Below, one piece after another: positions 11,401 through 21,500 of a stretch of DNA of 55,890 bases (the stretch's first letter is position 1; the number at the start of each line of letters is the position of its first letter). The translations under genes and the position numbers were made by a program. The stretch is from the IMG/VR virus record IMGVR_UViG_3300009507_000022, positions 1-55,890 of that record; one strand, 5' to 3'. A model generated the notes under the pieces. The model searched no databases and had not been told where the DNA came from. It saw nothing but the letters and a program-made list of their open reading frames with translations. The stretch is from a virus. Lineage: Duplodnaviria; Caudoviricetes.

Positions 11401-11635
11401 ACTCTTGAGTCAAATCTACCACCTCTGGTGACATATCCGTTTTTGCGTGAACAATATCACCTGCAATAACGATAATGTCGTTTTCCTCCATTGTGGTCAA
11501 AATATAACCATAAAGTTGGGAAAATACATCGCGATACTCGGAATGTCTTTTTAGGTTTCTAATGTGAACATCGGCGATGTGATAAATCTTATTTACCTTT
11601 TCAACACCTATATTAATCTTTTTCAGTTTCTTCAT
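8468..11635 (-). CDS. Fused SbcD/Mre11 (gp47-like) nuclease and SbcC/Rad50 (gp46-like) ATPase
   Basis: Metallophosphoesterase motifs ADVH, GDIVH, GNHD, GDIHK; Walker A APNASGKST; coiled coil with CEHC zinc hook; signature TSGME; Walker B IAIDEGFGSLD; ISH. Confidence 0.92.
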   Translation of the reverse strand: MKKLKKINIGVEKVNKIYHIADVHIRNLKRHSEYRDVFSQLYGYILTTMEENDIIVIAGDIVHAKTDMSPEVVDLTQEFFTRLSDLLPTIVIPGNHDANLNNPSRLDALTPIVNALKLPRLVYLKDSGAWEIGGITFVHQTVWDNVPGFPPATDYSGDVKIAMFHGPVDKIETEHGFTIENKNISVGNFDGYDIVLLGDIHKPNNPVQGKDNIKYPGSLIVQNHGEAKYPDHGILVWDVETRENKFVKIHNDYGYVTVDIEEGKIVSNTPIPQKPRMRVRVKDTKASDLNKILAELKKGRKVQELTVQKVITRKEGGEHEKIILQNVRDTAFQNKLIEEFLNDTEHLTEEQLEVVKTINQDINAKLGTQRTITNSTWIPKQFEFSNMFSYGPNNVIDFSQMKGAYGIFAPNASGKSTLWDALSFCIFDKCSRTSKAEDVMNYSKMSFDCKFTFELNGVDYTIERTAKKSPKRGTVKVDTDFYRVVDGQIESLNGEQRRETNAIIREYVGTYDDFVLTAMSTQSNNSGFIDKSQKERKELLAQFLDMDVFESLYQIASEEIKELSALLKDYKNQDLPTQLAEAEDTITSITGSLTTLQDRKVELESKRDVVNTKIEFEMGNLKPVEELGDVSDLEGQLQSLQKERKRQDSECALNLAEVHNIETEQKSITTKISKYDIKELQEKNNQYKSLDRKFNELGLSLDKIESEMIHAKKHLDGIGSLTFDDNCEHCVKNQNTPFAKQAQGLEDEIESLGKKYSSTVSERLNTMSERDKSDVTKELKEYEGLSSRHAELDKEWLKSSKSYDYCVSLVKDIELDIKSLEEKIQRAKDQEQAVSHNAEIQQKIKSFKVTRDQLRDDIDDATNEIMTINSDIKVAEKTIENVNQSIDKLRDMEVRFDGYEYYLKCVKRDGIPYNLISDVLPKLEIEINNILSPIVDFQILLNTDGKNINSYIAYGDTEYWPLELTSGMEKFISSIAIRTALINVSNLPRPNFIAIDEGFGSLDTDNFNSLYLLFDYLKTQFDFIITISHIDKTRDMVDQIIDINKVRGFSKVSYL

Positions 11636-12567
11636 ACTTTAAATAATTGATACTCCATCAACTTGCGTAAATCAAGTGGAGGTGTATCATATATCTTTTT
11701 GTTTATACGAGTATATCCCATCTCCGAAGGGTCTTCATCAACCAAATCAACAAGATGGGTTTCAATCCCATACGACATAAACTTCTTCGCTAGCCCCAAA
11801 GCATTCTTTAGAGCATCCGAATCTAAACAAATATACAACTTTTTTACTGAATTTCCAACTATTTTCTTTTCTAATTCAGATTGGATGGATTTTCCGAATA
11901 ATGGAATTGCGTTTCTTCTAATTGCGATTGCATCAAATGCGCCTTCACACAATACAATAGGAGTGTCCCAATTAACCAATAAATCAAACCCAACAATATC
12001 TTTGGATACCTTCGGGTTCTTATGCTTAAACTTTGTATCATAAAATGACCTTCCAACAAAAAAGTTTAGTTTACCTCGTTCATCATAGGATGGAATGATA
12101 ATTTTATCTTCATATTCACCACTCTCACAAAATCCAATGTTGTATTTAACAATATCCTCAACACGAAGACCTCTATTTAATAAATAGTTTAATGCGTGCT
12201 TCCACTTGATTGAGTTGGATTGTTGGTAAAGGGGTTTGAATTCTTTTGGAAGTTCAACTTGCTCTACAACTTCCGTAGTATCGTACTCACTTGAGTATCG
12301 ATTGACCTTACTGAATATAGAATTGTATTCATCCCAAGTTTGTTTAGATACACGAAGTTTCTTGAATAGACCTTTAATGGTTCTGCCCTTCTCATCCGAA
12401 ATCCAACAATGCCACGGGTTGTTTCCTTTAGAATTAATTCGTATATTAATCTCTAACTTTGGTTTGTAGTGGTCAACGAATGGAGAATAGAACGCATAAT
12501 TGTCCCCACTTGTTTTCTTGGATTTACCAAGAACGGACTCTAATAATTCAAGTAGTCTATCTTCCAT
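11632..12567 (-). CDS. DNA primase (DnaG/gp61-like)
   Basis: YLLNRGL, IIIP, GRS, and TOPRIM motifs LCEGAFDA and LDSDA; degenerate N-terminal Zn region. Confidence 0.88.
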   Translation of the reverse strand: MEDRLLELLESVLGKSKKTSGDNYAFYSPFVDHYKPKLEINIRINSKGNNPWHCWISDEKGRTIKGLFKKLRVSKQTWDEYNSIFSKVNRYSSEYDTTEVVEQVELPKEFKPLYQQSNSIKWKHALNYLLNRGLRVEDIVKYNIGFCESGEYEDKIIIPSYDERGKLNFFVGRSFYDTKFKHKNPKVSKDIVGFDLLVNWDTPIVLCEGAFDAIAIRRNAIPLFGKSIQSELEKKIVGNSVKKLYICLDSDALKNALGLAKKFMSYGIETHLVDLVDEDPSEMGYTRINKKIYDTPPLDLRKLMEYQLFKV

Positions 12568-12572
12568 AACTA

Positions 12573-12603
12573 CTAATATACGAAATTATTTTGAGAAATC
12601 AAA
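12573..12603 (-). promoter_or_regulatory. Bacteroidota-type sigma70 promoter for primase
   Basis: TTTG-N19-TATATTAG, ending 5 nt before the ATG at 12567. Confidence 0.6.
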
Positions 12604-13017
12604 AAAATCTTGTTTAGGTTTTTCATCCAACCATTCTTGGGGGATTTCTTTCTTGGCCCATTTGAATCCATTCTTATCACACCATTGTGCATAAGTAGTT
12701 TTTGAACCCTTATAAATTTTACCATTTGGGGACTGAAGAACAAACCTCAAATCGATTTCAGGATGTTGTTCTTTGATAAGGGTGTGTTTTTTTCGGTCTT
12801 CTGGTAAGAACCAACCTTTAGATTCAATGTAAATTCCATTTGGTAATTTAAAATCGGGTTTATAAGTGTGGTGAGTTGCAGGAACAACATACGGAATTTC
12901 GTGTTGTTCGTATTCCCCATCGATACCTTGAATTCTTAATTGTTCGTTAATTTTAGTTTCAAGGCCGGACTTGTGTCCTTTTGATTTTTGGATGTGACTC
13001 CAATTTCCTTTTGCCAT
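12586..13017 (-). CDS. T7 endonuclease I-like Holliday junction resolvase
   Basis: KSGLE, YKPDF, IESKG, DRKKH and TYAQWCDK motifs. Confidence 0.88.
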   Translation of the reverse strand: MAKGNWSHIQKSKGHKSGLETKINEQLRIQGIDGEYEQHEIPYVVPATHHTYKPDFKLPNGIYIESKGWFLPEDRKKHTLIKEQHPEIDLRFVLQSPNGKIYKGSKTTYAQWCDKNGFKWAKKEIPQEWLDEKPKQDFFDFSK

Positions 13018-13033
13018 AACTTATATTTTTTTA

Positions 13034-14086
13034 TTATCCAACTCTTACTATATTAGCAATAATTGATGGGGTTTCGGGAACAGGTCCGAACGCGGGGGTT
13101 TCTTCTAATGATAATGTTGTACTATCACCAGTCCACCATAATTCAATGTAACCATTATCCACTACATTCTGACCAACTATGTTGATACTCATTAGTTGAG
13201 CAGATGCAACACCCGAATCCTTTCGTGTTGGGAGGGTCATTCTGGTTGTGGAGTTTGGAAAATTGCTTCCGTTATATTTTATCCAAAAATAAGCATCGTG
13301 TACTGCATTATCAGAGTTACTTATTTGTGCTACAAAACTAAATTGGTATGTACCTTGATTTTCCATTACCAAACGAGAACCAGAAACCAAACTCATCCCA
13401 CTTTGCCCCCAACTATTTGAAAAGGTTACAGCCTGCCCCGAACCAGATGTTATTAGGGATTGTGATGATGTATCGTATAAAGAGATGTAAGCGGATTTTA
13501 CTAACGAACCTGTGAGATATGTACTTAAAGATGAAATAGGTGTTTCTACACTTCTATTATTTGAATCACCTACCCAAACATTATTTTCAGTTAATGACGC
13601 TTCAAATGAACCTGAAAGGTTAACTGAACCTGTTGTGGTAGTGTTACCAATTCTAATGTAATCGCCTACTTGGGTCATACTACCAGAGATGTATTGGAAT
13701 GACCCAGTTTCGGCGATAAATGAATTGCCAGATTGAACCAATCTCAAACCACCAACAGAAATATCCAAATTACCATTGTTGTTTGAAATAAGTGCGGAAG
13801 GGTCACCGGGTGTATCTGATTCGATGGAGATAGAACCCGATTGTAGAAATAGTTCTCTAAATGGTTTTTCTGCAGTACCTAAAGTTGCTCCTTCGGGAGT
13901 AGTCGGTATGATATCTCCTGACACTGTTATACCAGATGCAGTTAGTGGAACATTGTAATTTCTAATTGGAGTTGCAATATCACCAATAAGTGTATGTTTA
14001 GTTTCACCACTATTAACAATAGCAAACGCGTCACCAAGTAGTGGGGTTGTTAATCTATTTAATTGAGATATTTTTTTATCAGCCAT
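13034..14086 (-). CDS. Virion fibre protein with C1q/BclA-like C-terminal jelly roll
   Basis: MADKKISQL N-terminal module, beta-rich shaft, C-terminal GTYQFSFVAQ...YIELWW...PSIIANI. Confidence 0.6.
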   Translation of the reverse strand: MADKKISQLNRLTTPLLGDAFAIVNSGETKHTLIGDIATPIRNYNVPLTASGITVSGDIIPTTPEGATLGTAEKPFRELFLQSGSISIESDTPGDPSALISNNNGNLDISVGGLRLVQSGNSFIAETGSFQYISGSMTQVGDYIRIGNTTTTGSVNLSGSFEASLTENNVWVGDSNNRSVETPISSLSTYLTGSLVKSAYISLYDTSSQSLITSGSGQAVTFSNSWGQSGMSLVSGSRLVMENQGTYQFSFVAQISNSDNAVHDAYFWIKYNGSNFPNSTTRMTLPTRKDSGVASAQLMSINIVGQNVVDNGYIELWWTGDSTTLSLEETPAFGPVPETPSIIANIVRVG

Positions 14087-14295
14087 TATAATATTATCCT
14101 ATCACCATTTTCTTGTAATAAATAGTCACCATTTTCTTGTAATAAAAAATTAGCTGGTTCTACTACTTCAGATTCACTTGTAGAGGTGTCTGCCATATAT
14201 TCCAAGTCCATCATAAAGTTATATTGTCTAATCATTTCATTCATAGACATTGAATCTTTATTTTCTCGATGATATTGTGACCAAGTAGGTAACAT
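14086..14295 (-). CDS. Small structural protein with LLQENGD repeats
   Basis: FLLQENGDYLLQENGDRIIL; TAATG overlap with the downstream fibre gene. Confidence 0.6.
   Translation of the reverse strand: MLPTWSQYHRENKDSMSMNEMIRQYNFMMDLEYMADTSTSESEVVEPANFLLQENGDYLLQENGDRIIL
14102..14146. repeat. 21-bp direct repeat with 24-bp period
   Basis: tcaccattttcttgtaataaa at 14102-14122 and 14126-14146; encodes the LLQENGD repeat. Confidence 0.9.
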
Positions 14296-14296
14296 A

Positions 14297-16027
14297 TTAA
14301 TCTAAATCAAATTTTACATTTATGGTTACATCGACATCTTGTCGTTTTTTTAGTGGAGAACCTAACTTACCAATGGCAAGTAAATCACCATTGTCATTGT
14401 AAAGACCAATTTGAGTAATATAAGGTCTAAAATCTGAACCAGTAGCTATACCCAACAATCGAGTGTCGGTATCAGACCCATCAACTCGTAATGATGAGTT
14501 GGATGATACGTTGAACTCATCTCTTTTGATTTCACAAAGAATCGAAAATTCCTCAACTTGTTTGGTAGCACGATAATCCAATTGAAAGTTTCTATTTGTA
14601 TAATTCCAATTACCATTACCCAATAAAATATTTTGATATCTAAATCTTGGGTCTGATATGATAATCATACCATGCTTGTAAAATACATATCCAACTTCTT
14701 TTCGTTGTAACGCAGAACCACTTGTTGAGTTGTCTGCTAATGATGAAATCATATCGGAGGATAGACTATTTCTATGAATTCTAAATTGAGACATAGAACC
14801 ACTAAAGAATGCATTCGTTTCACTTATACTACGTGCTCCAATAAGAATGTCTCTATCATTAGTAACAACACCCTTAAATGAATATGAAGCGGAAACTTCG
14901 TTTGTACCATCAACCCATAGTGCAATTTCACTATTAGTTTTATTTAACACATACTCGTGAGCTAACCCATCATTGTATGCATTTGATGATGAAAAGTTTA
15001 ATACAGAGCTACCATCGGATGCTTTAATAAAAATATGTCCGGGACTTGTAGGGTGTAGTTCGGTATAAAATGAAATATCAAATGGATATTGACCATTTCC
15101 TTGTGATTTTACTTGTTCCAATCCAGCATCATCAATATAAGTGTAGGTATTTCGTTTTTGTACCAATGATTGTTGTTGTCTTCCAACTAACGATTGTGAT
15201 GGTGGGATAACTGCCCAAAACGAAACTGCCCAGTCATCATTTTTGTTTAATACATTAAAATGCTCTCTATGTTTAATCTGAATACTTTGTGAGTGATTAA
15301 AATTATAGGTATTACCAATACCTAATGAGGGGTTTGTAGATATTAATGAATTTGAACTTAATACACCTCCGGAAGAAACACTAACGCCAGATGAGGCAGA
15401 TGCTTCATATTCTGCAACGGCTGCGTCCAATTCAGTATTAAAATCAAACCCAAGTGTATCGCCATTTAAACTTGAAGTATCACCTACAAGGAATATAGTT
15501 CTATGTACTTGTTGTCTTTCACTTAAATCGTCGCTTGGGCCAAATCCATCTGATATTGTTGCGTGTCTACCGTTACCATTCTCGAATTCAAATTGAACAA
15601 ACCCCGAGCTTGCATTTGCGAAGGTCACATTTGTAATCTTGGATATACTACTTGTTACACCTGTTGTTGTATTGAAAAATGGATAGTATACACTATAATC
15701 AGTTTCATTATTAAAGTAGTCATTACTTGATACTGCCCATAAACCAGTTGTAACTGCATCCTTTAAACTTTGAGTGGCAGCATTATCCCATACACTTCCA
15801 GTTTGACCACCAAGGATTTGCTCACCATCCAAGTTTATGAAATCAAAATGAGTATATACTTCTTTTACAGTTTGTGAAGCAAAGTCACCACCAATATCAT
15901 CAACATCGACATCAGTATCCACAAGAGCTGTGTGTGAACCACTTCGTGTATATACATAACCTAACTCATCGATTGGAGTTTCGTATATAGTAGTATATGC
16001 ACCTATTGAATCAATACCCCAAGCCAT
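14297..16027 (-). CDS. Baseplate/tail protein with LamG-like domain and tail-collar (DUF3751-like) C-terminus
   Basis: WAVSFW...IALWVDG...ILIGA...FSGSMSQFRIH (LamG); C-terminal ITQIGLYNDNGDLLAIGKLGSPLKK. Confidence 0.7.
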   Translation of the reverse strand: MAWGIDSIGAYTTIYETPIDELGYVYTRSGSHTALVDTDVDVDDIGGDFASQTVKEVYTHFDFINLDGEQILGGQTGSVWDNAATQSLKDAVTTGLWAVSSNDYFNNETDYSVYYPFFNTTTGVTSSISKITNVTFANASSGFVQFEFENGNGRHATISDGFGPSDDLSERQQVHRTIFLVGDTSSLNGDTLGFDFNTELDAAVAEYEASASSGVSVSSGGVLSSNSLISTNPSLGIGNTYNFNHSQSIQIKHREHFNVLNKNDDWAVSFWAVIPPSQSLVGRQQQSLVQKRNTYTYIDDAGLEQVKSQGNGQYPFDISFYTELHPTSPGHIFIKASDGSSVLNFSSSNAYNDGLAHEYVLNKTNSEIALWVDGTNEVSASYSFKGVVTNDRDILIGARSISETNAFFSGSMSQFRIHRNSLSSDMISSLADNSTSGSALQRKEVGYVFYKHGMIIISDPRFRYQNILLGNGNWNYTNRNFQLDYRATKQVEEFSILCEIKRDEFNVSSNSSLRVDGSDTDTRLLGIATGSDFRPYITQIGLYNDNGDLLAIGKLGSPLKKRQDVDVTINVKFDLD

Positions 16028-16593
16028 TATATAATCCTATTTGAAAAGTTGGACTTGTCCGAAGTATCGGACTCGAAGTCTAAATATACCAAAGTGTCAC
16101 TTGAGTTAATGTAATTAGACCCAGTTTGCTCAGATGCAATTAGTAATCCATATTCATCAGTAACCTTTTGGTCGTATAGATGTATTGAAGATGATGGATA
16201 ATTTGAATTATCGGTCACATATACAGAACCAGGTTTTATATTTTCACCAAATTTATTTTGTGGAATTGAGATTACAGATGCAGTATCATATAATCTAATA
16301 TCACTTCTTCTTTTAAAGAAAGTTGAATTAATTGAATTCCAAACAATCGGCTGTGGTATTGAGTTTAACTCACGAGTAACACCACCTGAAGAAGTTAAGA
16401 AAGTTCCAACACCAATTTGATTAGCAACTGATGTTGAAACTTCCGTTAAGATTCCATTGTCGGATACACCTCGGAGAATAGAAATCTCGAACGATGATGA
16501 GTGGTTTACATTTGTAACTTCATATCGTTTATGTGCTTTGAAGGGTCTTGCTTGAACTCCCCCATTGAATATTCTTTTGAATACTATTCCCAT
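16027..16593 (-). CDS. Baseplate-associated structural protein
   Basis: VISIPQNKFGENIKPGSV is paralogous to IISINRERIKDKLDPGNW in 16606-17838; lies in the baseplate operon. Confidence 0.6.
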   Translation of the reverse strand: MGIVFKRIFNGGVQARPFKAHKRYEVTNVNHSSSFEISILRGVSDNGILTEVSTSVANQIGVGTFLTSSGGVTRELNSIPQPIVWNSINSTFFKRRSDIRLYDTASVISIPQNKFGENIKPGSVYVTDNSNYPSSSIHLYDQKVTDEYGLLIASEQTGSNYINSSDTLVYLDFESDTSDKSNFSNRII

Positions 16594-16605
16594 TTGGTAT
16601 CATCT

Positions 16606-17838
16606 TTAGAAGTCTAATTTAACCTTAATCAAAATTTCATTTGAGAATGATTTCAACAAAGGTTTAGACAACTTAGCAATTGCTAAAAGTTCATTATCGT
16701 TATTGTATAAACCTACCGTGGTGATATATGTTTTTGGGTCACCTACGAATGTTTGTTGTAATAACTTACCATTTGAACCAGTAACATATGATGGGTTGTT
16801 CGAGAAGTTGTATTCTGCATTCTTTGCTCTAACAAAGAAGAATGTTGATTTTACTTCTTCCTCACTTCTGGCTTGGAAACCATTTCCAGCATTATCAGCA
16901 GCTGCGCCACTAATTGCAGTGAATAACTTTCCGTGGTTTTGTGCGTCAGTATTAGTTGTTCTAATTGTACCAATTGATGATGATGCGTCAAGAGATGCCG
17001 CGCTCAATACAATAATACCAAATTGTGGGTATACTGTACCAAATACTTCACTTTCACTATAAACACCATTAAGTAATGAACCAGATACAACATTGTATAC
17101 ATTTTGGTTTGAATTACCTAATTGATTTGCGTCACCACTATTATCAATTAATCTTAACAATGGTTTGTTTCCAGAACCAGAAATAACTAATTCCCAGTTT
17201 CCTGGGTCAAGTTTATCTTTGATACGCTCTCTATTGATTGAGATAATATATACATCATCTTGAGCCACACTATTGAATGTAAATCTACGTTGTGCTGCTG
17301 GAAGCAGGACTTGTTGGAATTGTGAGTAGATTGCATTTGATGGTGAATCTTCATTTGTTCCTAATGAACCACTACCAGCGTAGTGACCATACGCAATTGA
17401 GAATTGAGCGTAGTTTGTAGAAACCGTTGGGTTACCATTATAAATTTCGTAGTAGTATTGTTTTTGCGTAGAAGACTGATATGATGAAGTCCAGAATGAA
17501 GTCAACTCACCAACATTACCACTCCACAATCCGCGGGTTACTCTTTGAGTAGAACCTTCTACGACATCTTCAATGGTGAATGCGGTAAATACTTTACCCG
17601 TTCCAAAGTCGTATGCACCTGCTGGGATTACAGGTGTTGCGTCTTGTACTACATCATTAGCAGACAATGAAGCTACTGATACTTGTGGTATTCCGGTAGA
17701 AGCTCCACCACCAGCTCCTAATGAACCAAGTATTGAGGGGCCATTGTTTCCGGTACTTCCACCACCGCCTGTTCCAGAATTAAATCCTGCGCCTGCTCCG
17801 GTTCCACCTCCGTTTGGGTCAATTGGTTGTATTGGCAT
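16606..17838 (-). CDS. Baseplate protein with DUF3751-like C-terminal half
   Basis: C-terminal YITTVGLYNNDNELLAIAKLSKPLLKSF; Gly-rich N-terminus. Confidence 0.7.
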   Translation of the reverse strand: MPIQPIDPNGGGTGAGAGFNSGTGGGGSTGNNGPSILGSLGAGGGASTGIPQVSVASLSANDVVQDATPVIPAGAYDFGTGKVFTAFTIEDVVEGSTQRVTRGLWSGNVGELTSFWTSSYQSSTQKQYYYEIYNGNPTVSTNYAQFSIAYGHYAGSGSLGTNEDSPSNAIYSQFQQVLLPAAQRRFTFNSVAQDDVYIISINRERIKDKLDPGNWELVISGSGNKPLLRLIDNSGDANQLGNSNQNVYNVVSGSLLNGVYSESEVFGTVYPQFGIIVLSAASLDASSSIGTIRTTNTDAQNHGKLFTAISGAAADNAGNGFQARSEEEVKSTFFFVRAKNAEYNFSNNPSYVTGSNGKLLQQTFVGDPKTYITTVGLYNNDNELLAIAKLSKPLLKSFSNEILIKVKLDF

Positions 17839-17860
17839 AATCTTTCCTTTTTATTTTATA

Positions 17861-18535
17861 TTACGCTGGACTTACTACGTTAACCACCGTTGTTTGTGCA
17901 TCGGTTACAGGATTAACAGTCACATCAATTTCAGTTCTACCACCAGTTTCGTTACCAATGATTACAATACGAGTTGTAATAGCAGTATCGTTTGGTAGGT
18001 TTGCAGCCGACACAAATGTAAATTGATTCTTACCCACAACCGTTTGAGATTGTGCGGTATTGTAAGAACTTACATTTACAATCGGAGTAACATTTCCAGG
18101 AACACCAGAATTTCCAGTAATAGAACCCGCGTCTGAATTTAACAAGATAGCAGTGTAGCCCAAGTTTTCATTACCACCATTTTTCGTGGTCACTGCAATT
18201 ACTGAATTGTTTGCGCCTTCATTAAGTGTTAAACTTGAAGGAGAAACTTGAATGTATGGTAATCTTGCAGTTGTTTTTGGAAGAGACAACAATTTATATT
18301 TCATTGCGTAGTTCTCATCCGTGATTGCTTCAATTACAGGCATATTTTCAATTACGATTCCATAATAGTCAGAACCCAACGAGTGTGCTGGATTCCAAAG
18401 TTCGTAATCAACCTCATCATCCGCAAGAGCGAATTGAGTGATTTGAAACTTATCACGACCTTGTGCCAAAAGCTCTCTACCCTTCTTGGTGAGGATGGCG
18501 TCTACTGTTACTGATGAATTATCTAAAAATCCCAT
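17861..18535 (-). CDS. Baseplate protein with DUF3751-like N-terminal half
   Basis: DAILTKKGRELLAQG...ITQFALADDEVDY. Confidence 0.7.
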   Translation of the reverse strand: MGFLDNSSVTVDAILTKKGRELLAQGRDKFQITQFALADDEVDYELWNPAHSLGSDYYGIVIENMPVIEAITDENYAMKYKLLSLPKTTARLPYIQVSPSSLTLNEGANNSVIAVTTKNGGNENLGYTAILLNSDAGSITGNSGVPGNVTPIVNVSSYNTAQSQTVVGKNQFTFVSAANLPNDTAITTRIVIIGNETGGRTEIDVTVNPVTDAQTTVVNVVSPA

Positions 18536-18583
18536 AGTGTTTCCTTTTTATGTATATAAATATGGTTTTGTTTTGTTTTTAAT

Positions 18584-21500
18584 TTAAGTAGATAGAATTA
18601 CTCTAATTTCCACATCAAATGGGTATGACCCGATTTGGAAAGAGTAATCAATTACATTCAATTGATATGCCGAATTCCAAACTATTTGACCCGTACCAAC
18701 TTGTGTTAAGAATACTTGATTAATTACTCTCAACGAGCCGGCGGTTGATGTTGGGTTAAAGTCATTTATTCGTATTGTATTCTTCATACCCATTATTGCG
18801 TTGGTAGTATCAACACCATTTACACTTAACCTATAAGATGGTTTTGGTAATTGTGTTAATGATTTCCAATCTCCAAACTGCCATCCTTCTAAAGAATAAT
18901 AAACAAAGTTTGATTTATAAATTTTAAATCTATTTGATATTGACTTTTCAATAGCGTATATGGAGTTTGTATCATTTTTGATGATATTAGCTTTTGGTTT
19001 AGAATTTCTAACAATAAATGGTAGAGGTTCTAATGAAGATTGAAGAGATGCTACATTTACTGCTGAATTCTTATTTTTCTTCTTTTTGTTGTTTACCGAT
19101 ACTAATAAGTCATCAGGAACTTTACGAACTGGACCAGTAACATTACCATCATTTGTTAAATTACCATCGGCCGCAGTTTTGCCAGAGTACACCAATGTAG
19201 TCGAATCTACTTCGGTAATCTCAACAACAGGCCCACCATCTGGTGTATCTTCAGAGTCGGTTGTTAATGAGTCACTTGATATTCTACACCCATTGTAATA
19301 TAAGTTTTCAAGAGCAAGTGGTAACCTTGTATCTTGAACTTCAGCGGAATGGAATGATGTTGAATTTGGAGTAAGCGTAGCCGCATCTTCAGATGATGTA
19401 AAGAAATATTTAGGTTCTAAATACCATTTAGATGGTCTGGCGTTTAATACAGTAGACCCCGTTGGTGAGTATTCCCAATATCCGTTTGTTCTATTTACAT
19501 ATGTTCCACTCTCATCTAAAGTAACACAGCTTTGTACTAAACTTGAAGATGTAAATACACCAAATCCCTCAGCGGCGCTATCTTCGGATGTGCTTAACGT
19601 AAAACTATGTTGTGCACCATTAAATGATGCATGAATGTTATATTGTGCTTCTATCTCCAATTGATATACACCCGGAGATAGATTTGTAATCTGAGCAATA
19701 CTTGCACTTGGAGTTTGTATACCACCAATCGAATTATCTACGAATACACCAAGATTCTCTTCATTATAAATCCAAGCAGCGGATGATGTGAAGAAATCTA
19801 AATTGTGAGCATTATGAGATGCTGAGTCATATACTATGTAGACATCATTACTATCAATTGGGGTTGAATACACACTTGCACTTGCATTTGTATTGACAGT
19901 TGATAACGAACAAGATAAACTTGAGGATAGAGTTGCAATCTGATATTGATATGTCGATGGTTGGAAGTCATACAAATCTAAACTTGATGAATAATCATGT
20001 CTTGATGCTGTAATTACACCACCCACATTACTGATAGTACCATCGTACATATGTCTTGTGTATGAAATATCCCGTGGTCTACGATACTTACTTCTTTCAA
20101 AAACGTGTGGTTCAATCAATATACCCTTATGCCAATCTACACGAGCTGGTAGGAGTTGTTTGATTTGTTCAAATACCGACATATCATATCGTGATAACAT
20201 ATCTAAAATTAAATCGATAGCAGTACCAGTTGTATACTTTTGGAAATAATTTTTGGCTCTAAACTTTAACAATGGGTAATCATTGTTGTATCTTTTATCA
20301 GGGTCACCCACCCAATCATCAGCTTCAAAGTAACCTTCTGAATTGTAGATATCAAAGTTTACAGTGTCGGTAGTTGAAAAGTATGTTCCTAATAGATTGG
20401 AGTCCAACGGAGCATAGTCGTATTCTGAAATTTCATTTGACTTATCAGGATTTAGTTTACCTTTTAAAGATGCTGACTCAATTCTGATTTTATTGTTCAT
20501 TAAGTTTAAAGCACCCATGGATGGTACGGTTACAAACTGCGTATCAACCTCACCTACCAAATCACCCGAACCCATATTAATCAAAGATGCGGTTAGTGGT
20601 AATCCACTATCGGTTGTAGTAAATCTTTGGTTTGGTTGAATTGAACGAATATAACTTGATGTGGTTGCAAATGAGCTATCAGGGAATATACGATACATCA
20701 ACTTATCAAATGAGGTGTCGATGTCTAAATCGGTAGTGTTATCATCACTAAAGTATGCTTCTCGGTTTTTAGCGTGTTCAGTTGTAATTTCATTTGTAAT
20801 TGCGTCTCTAAAGTATCTAATTTCTTGAATACTAGCAGTTTCATATGAATTAACATTTGAATCGGTAGTTGGGCCAGGAACTTGTAATGTTCCAGTAGAA
20901 CTCCACACAGTATTAAATGTTGCGTTAGTACCACTAAACGTAGCAGTCGGGTTGGCAAGAAGATTTCCCCAATCATCCACCCAAGCCGCTTGAATATCAA
21001 TACTTCCCGAAGTTAATACAAAAGCAGCATCTCTTCTTAACTTGTATGGTACATATGATGATGATATAATATCAATACCATTTACAGCCAAACGAATTCT
21101 TGCGGTTTCTTGTGCTGTGTTATAATCCCAAAAATAATCCACATTGTTAGAACTATCAGTCAATCGTAGGATATGATAATTACCCTTTGGCATTTTACCA
21201 ATAACTTCAATTGAGTTTGGTCTATCCGATTGAATATCATCCCAAGGATTTGAGATATACTTTGATGGAGACGCTTGTAATTTGTTTACAAATCTTTCGT
21301 GTTCGTAAACATTCTTACGAGTTGAAATTGTAGGGCCACCCCACTCACGAATCTTCAAGAATGCCTGTGGAATACCATATGTTGAAAGGATTGCTTTGAT
21401 TGAACGAGCAGTACCCTTTGTCTTGTACAACATAGGTAACGTATTCAAAATCCTTCTCCAAATTTCTTCGGTAATTTGTTTTCTTGCTTTAGTTTCCATT

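Noticed and set aside
17690-17838. Collagen-like or PE-PGRS-like repeat at the N-terminus of the 410-aa protein
   Set aside because: It is Gly-rich low complexity without sustained Gly-X-Y periodicity and is likely a flexible tail.
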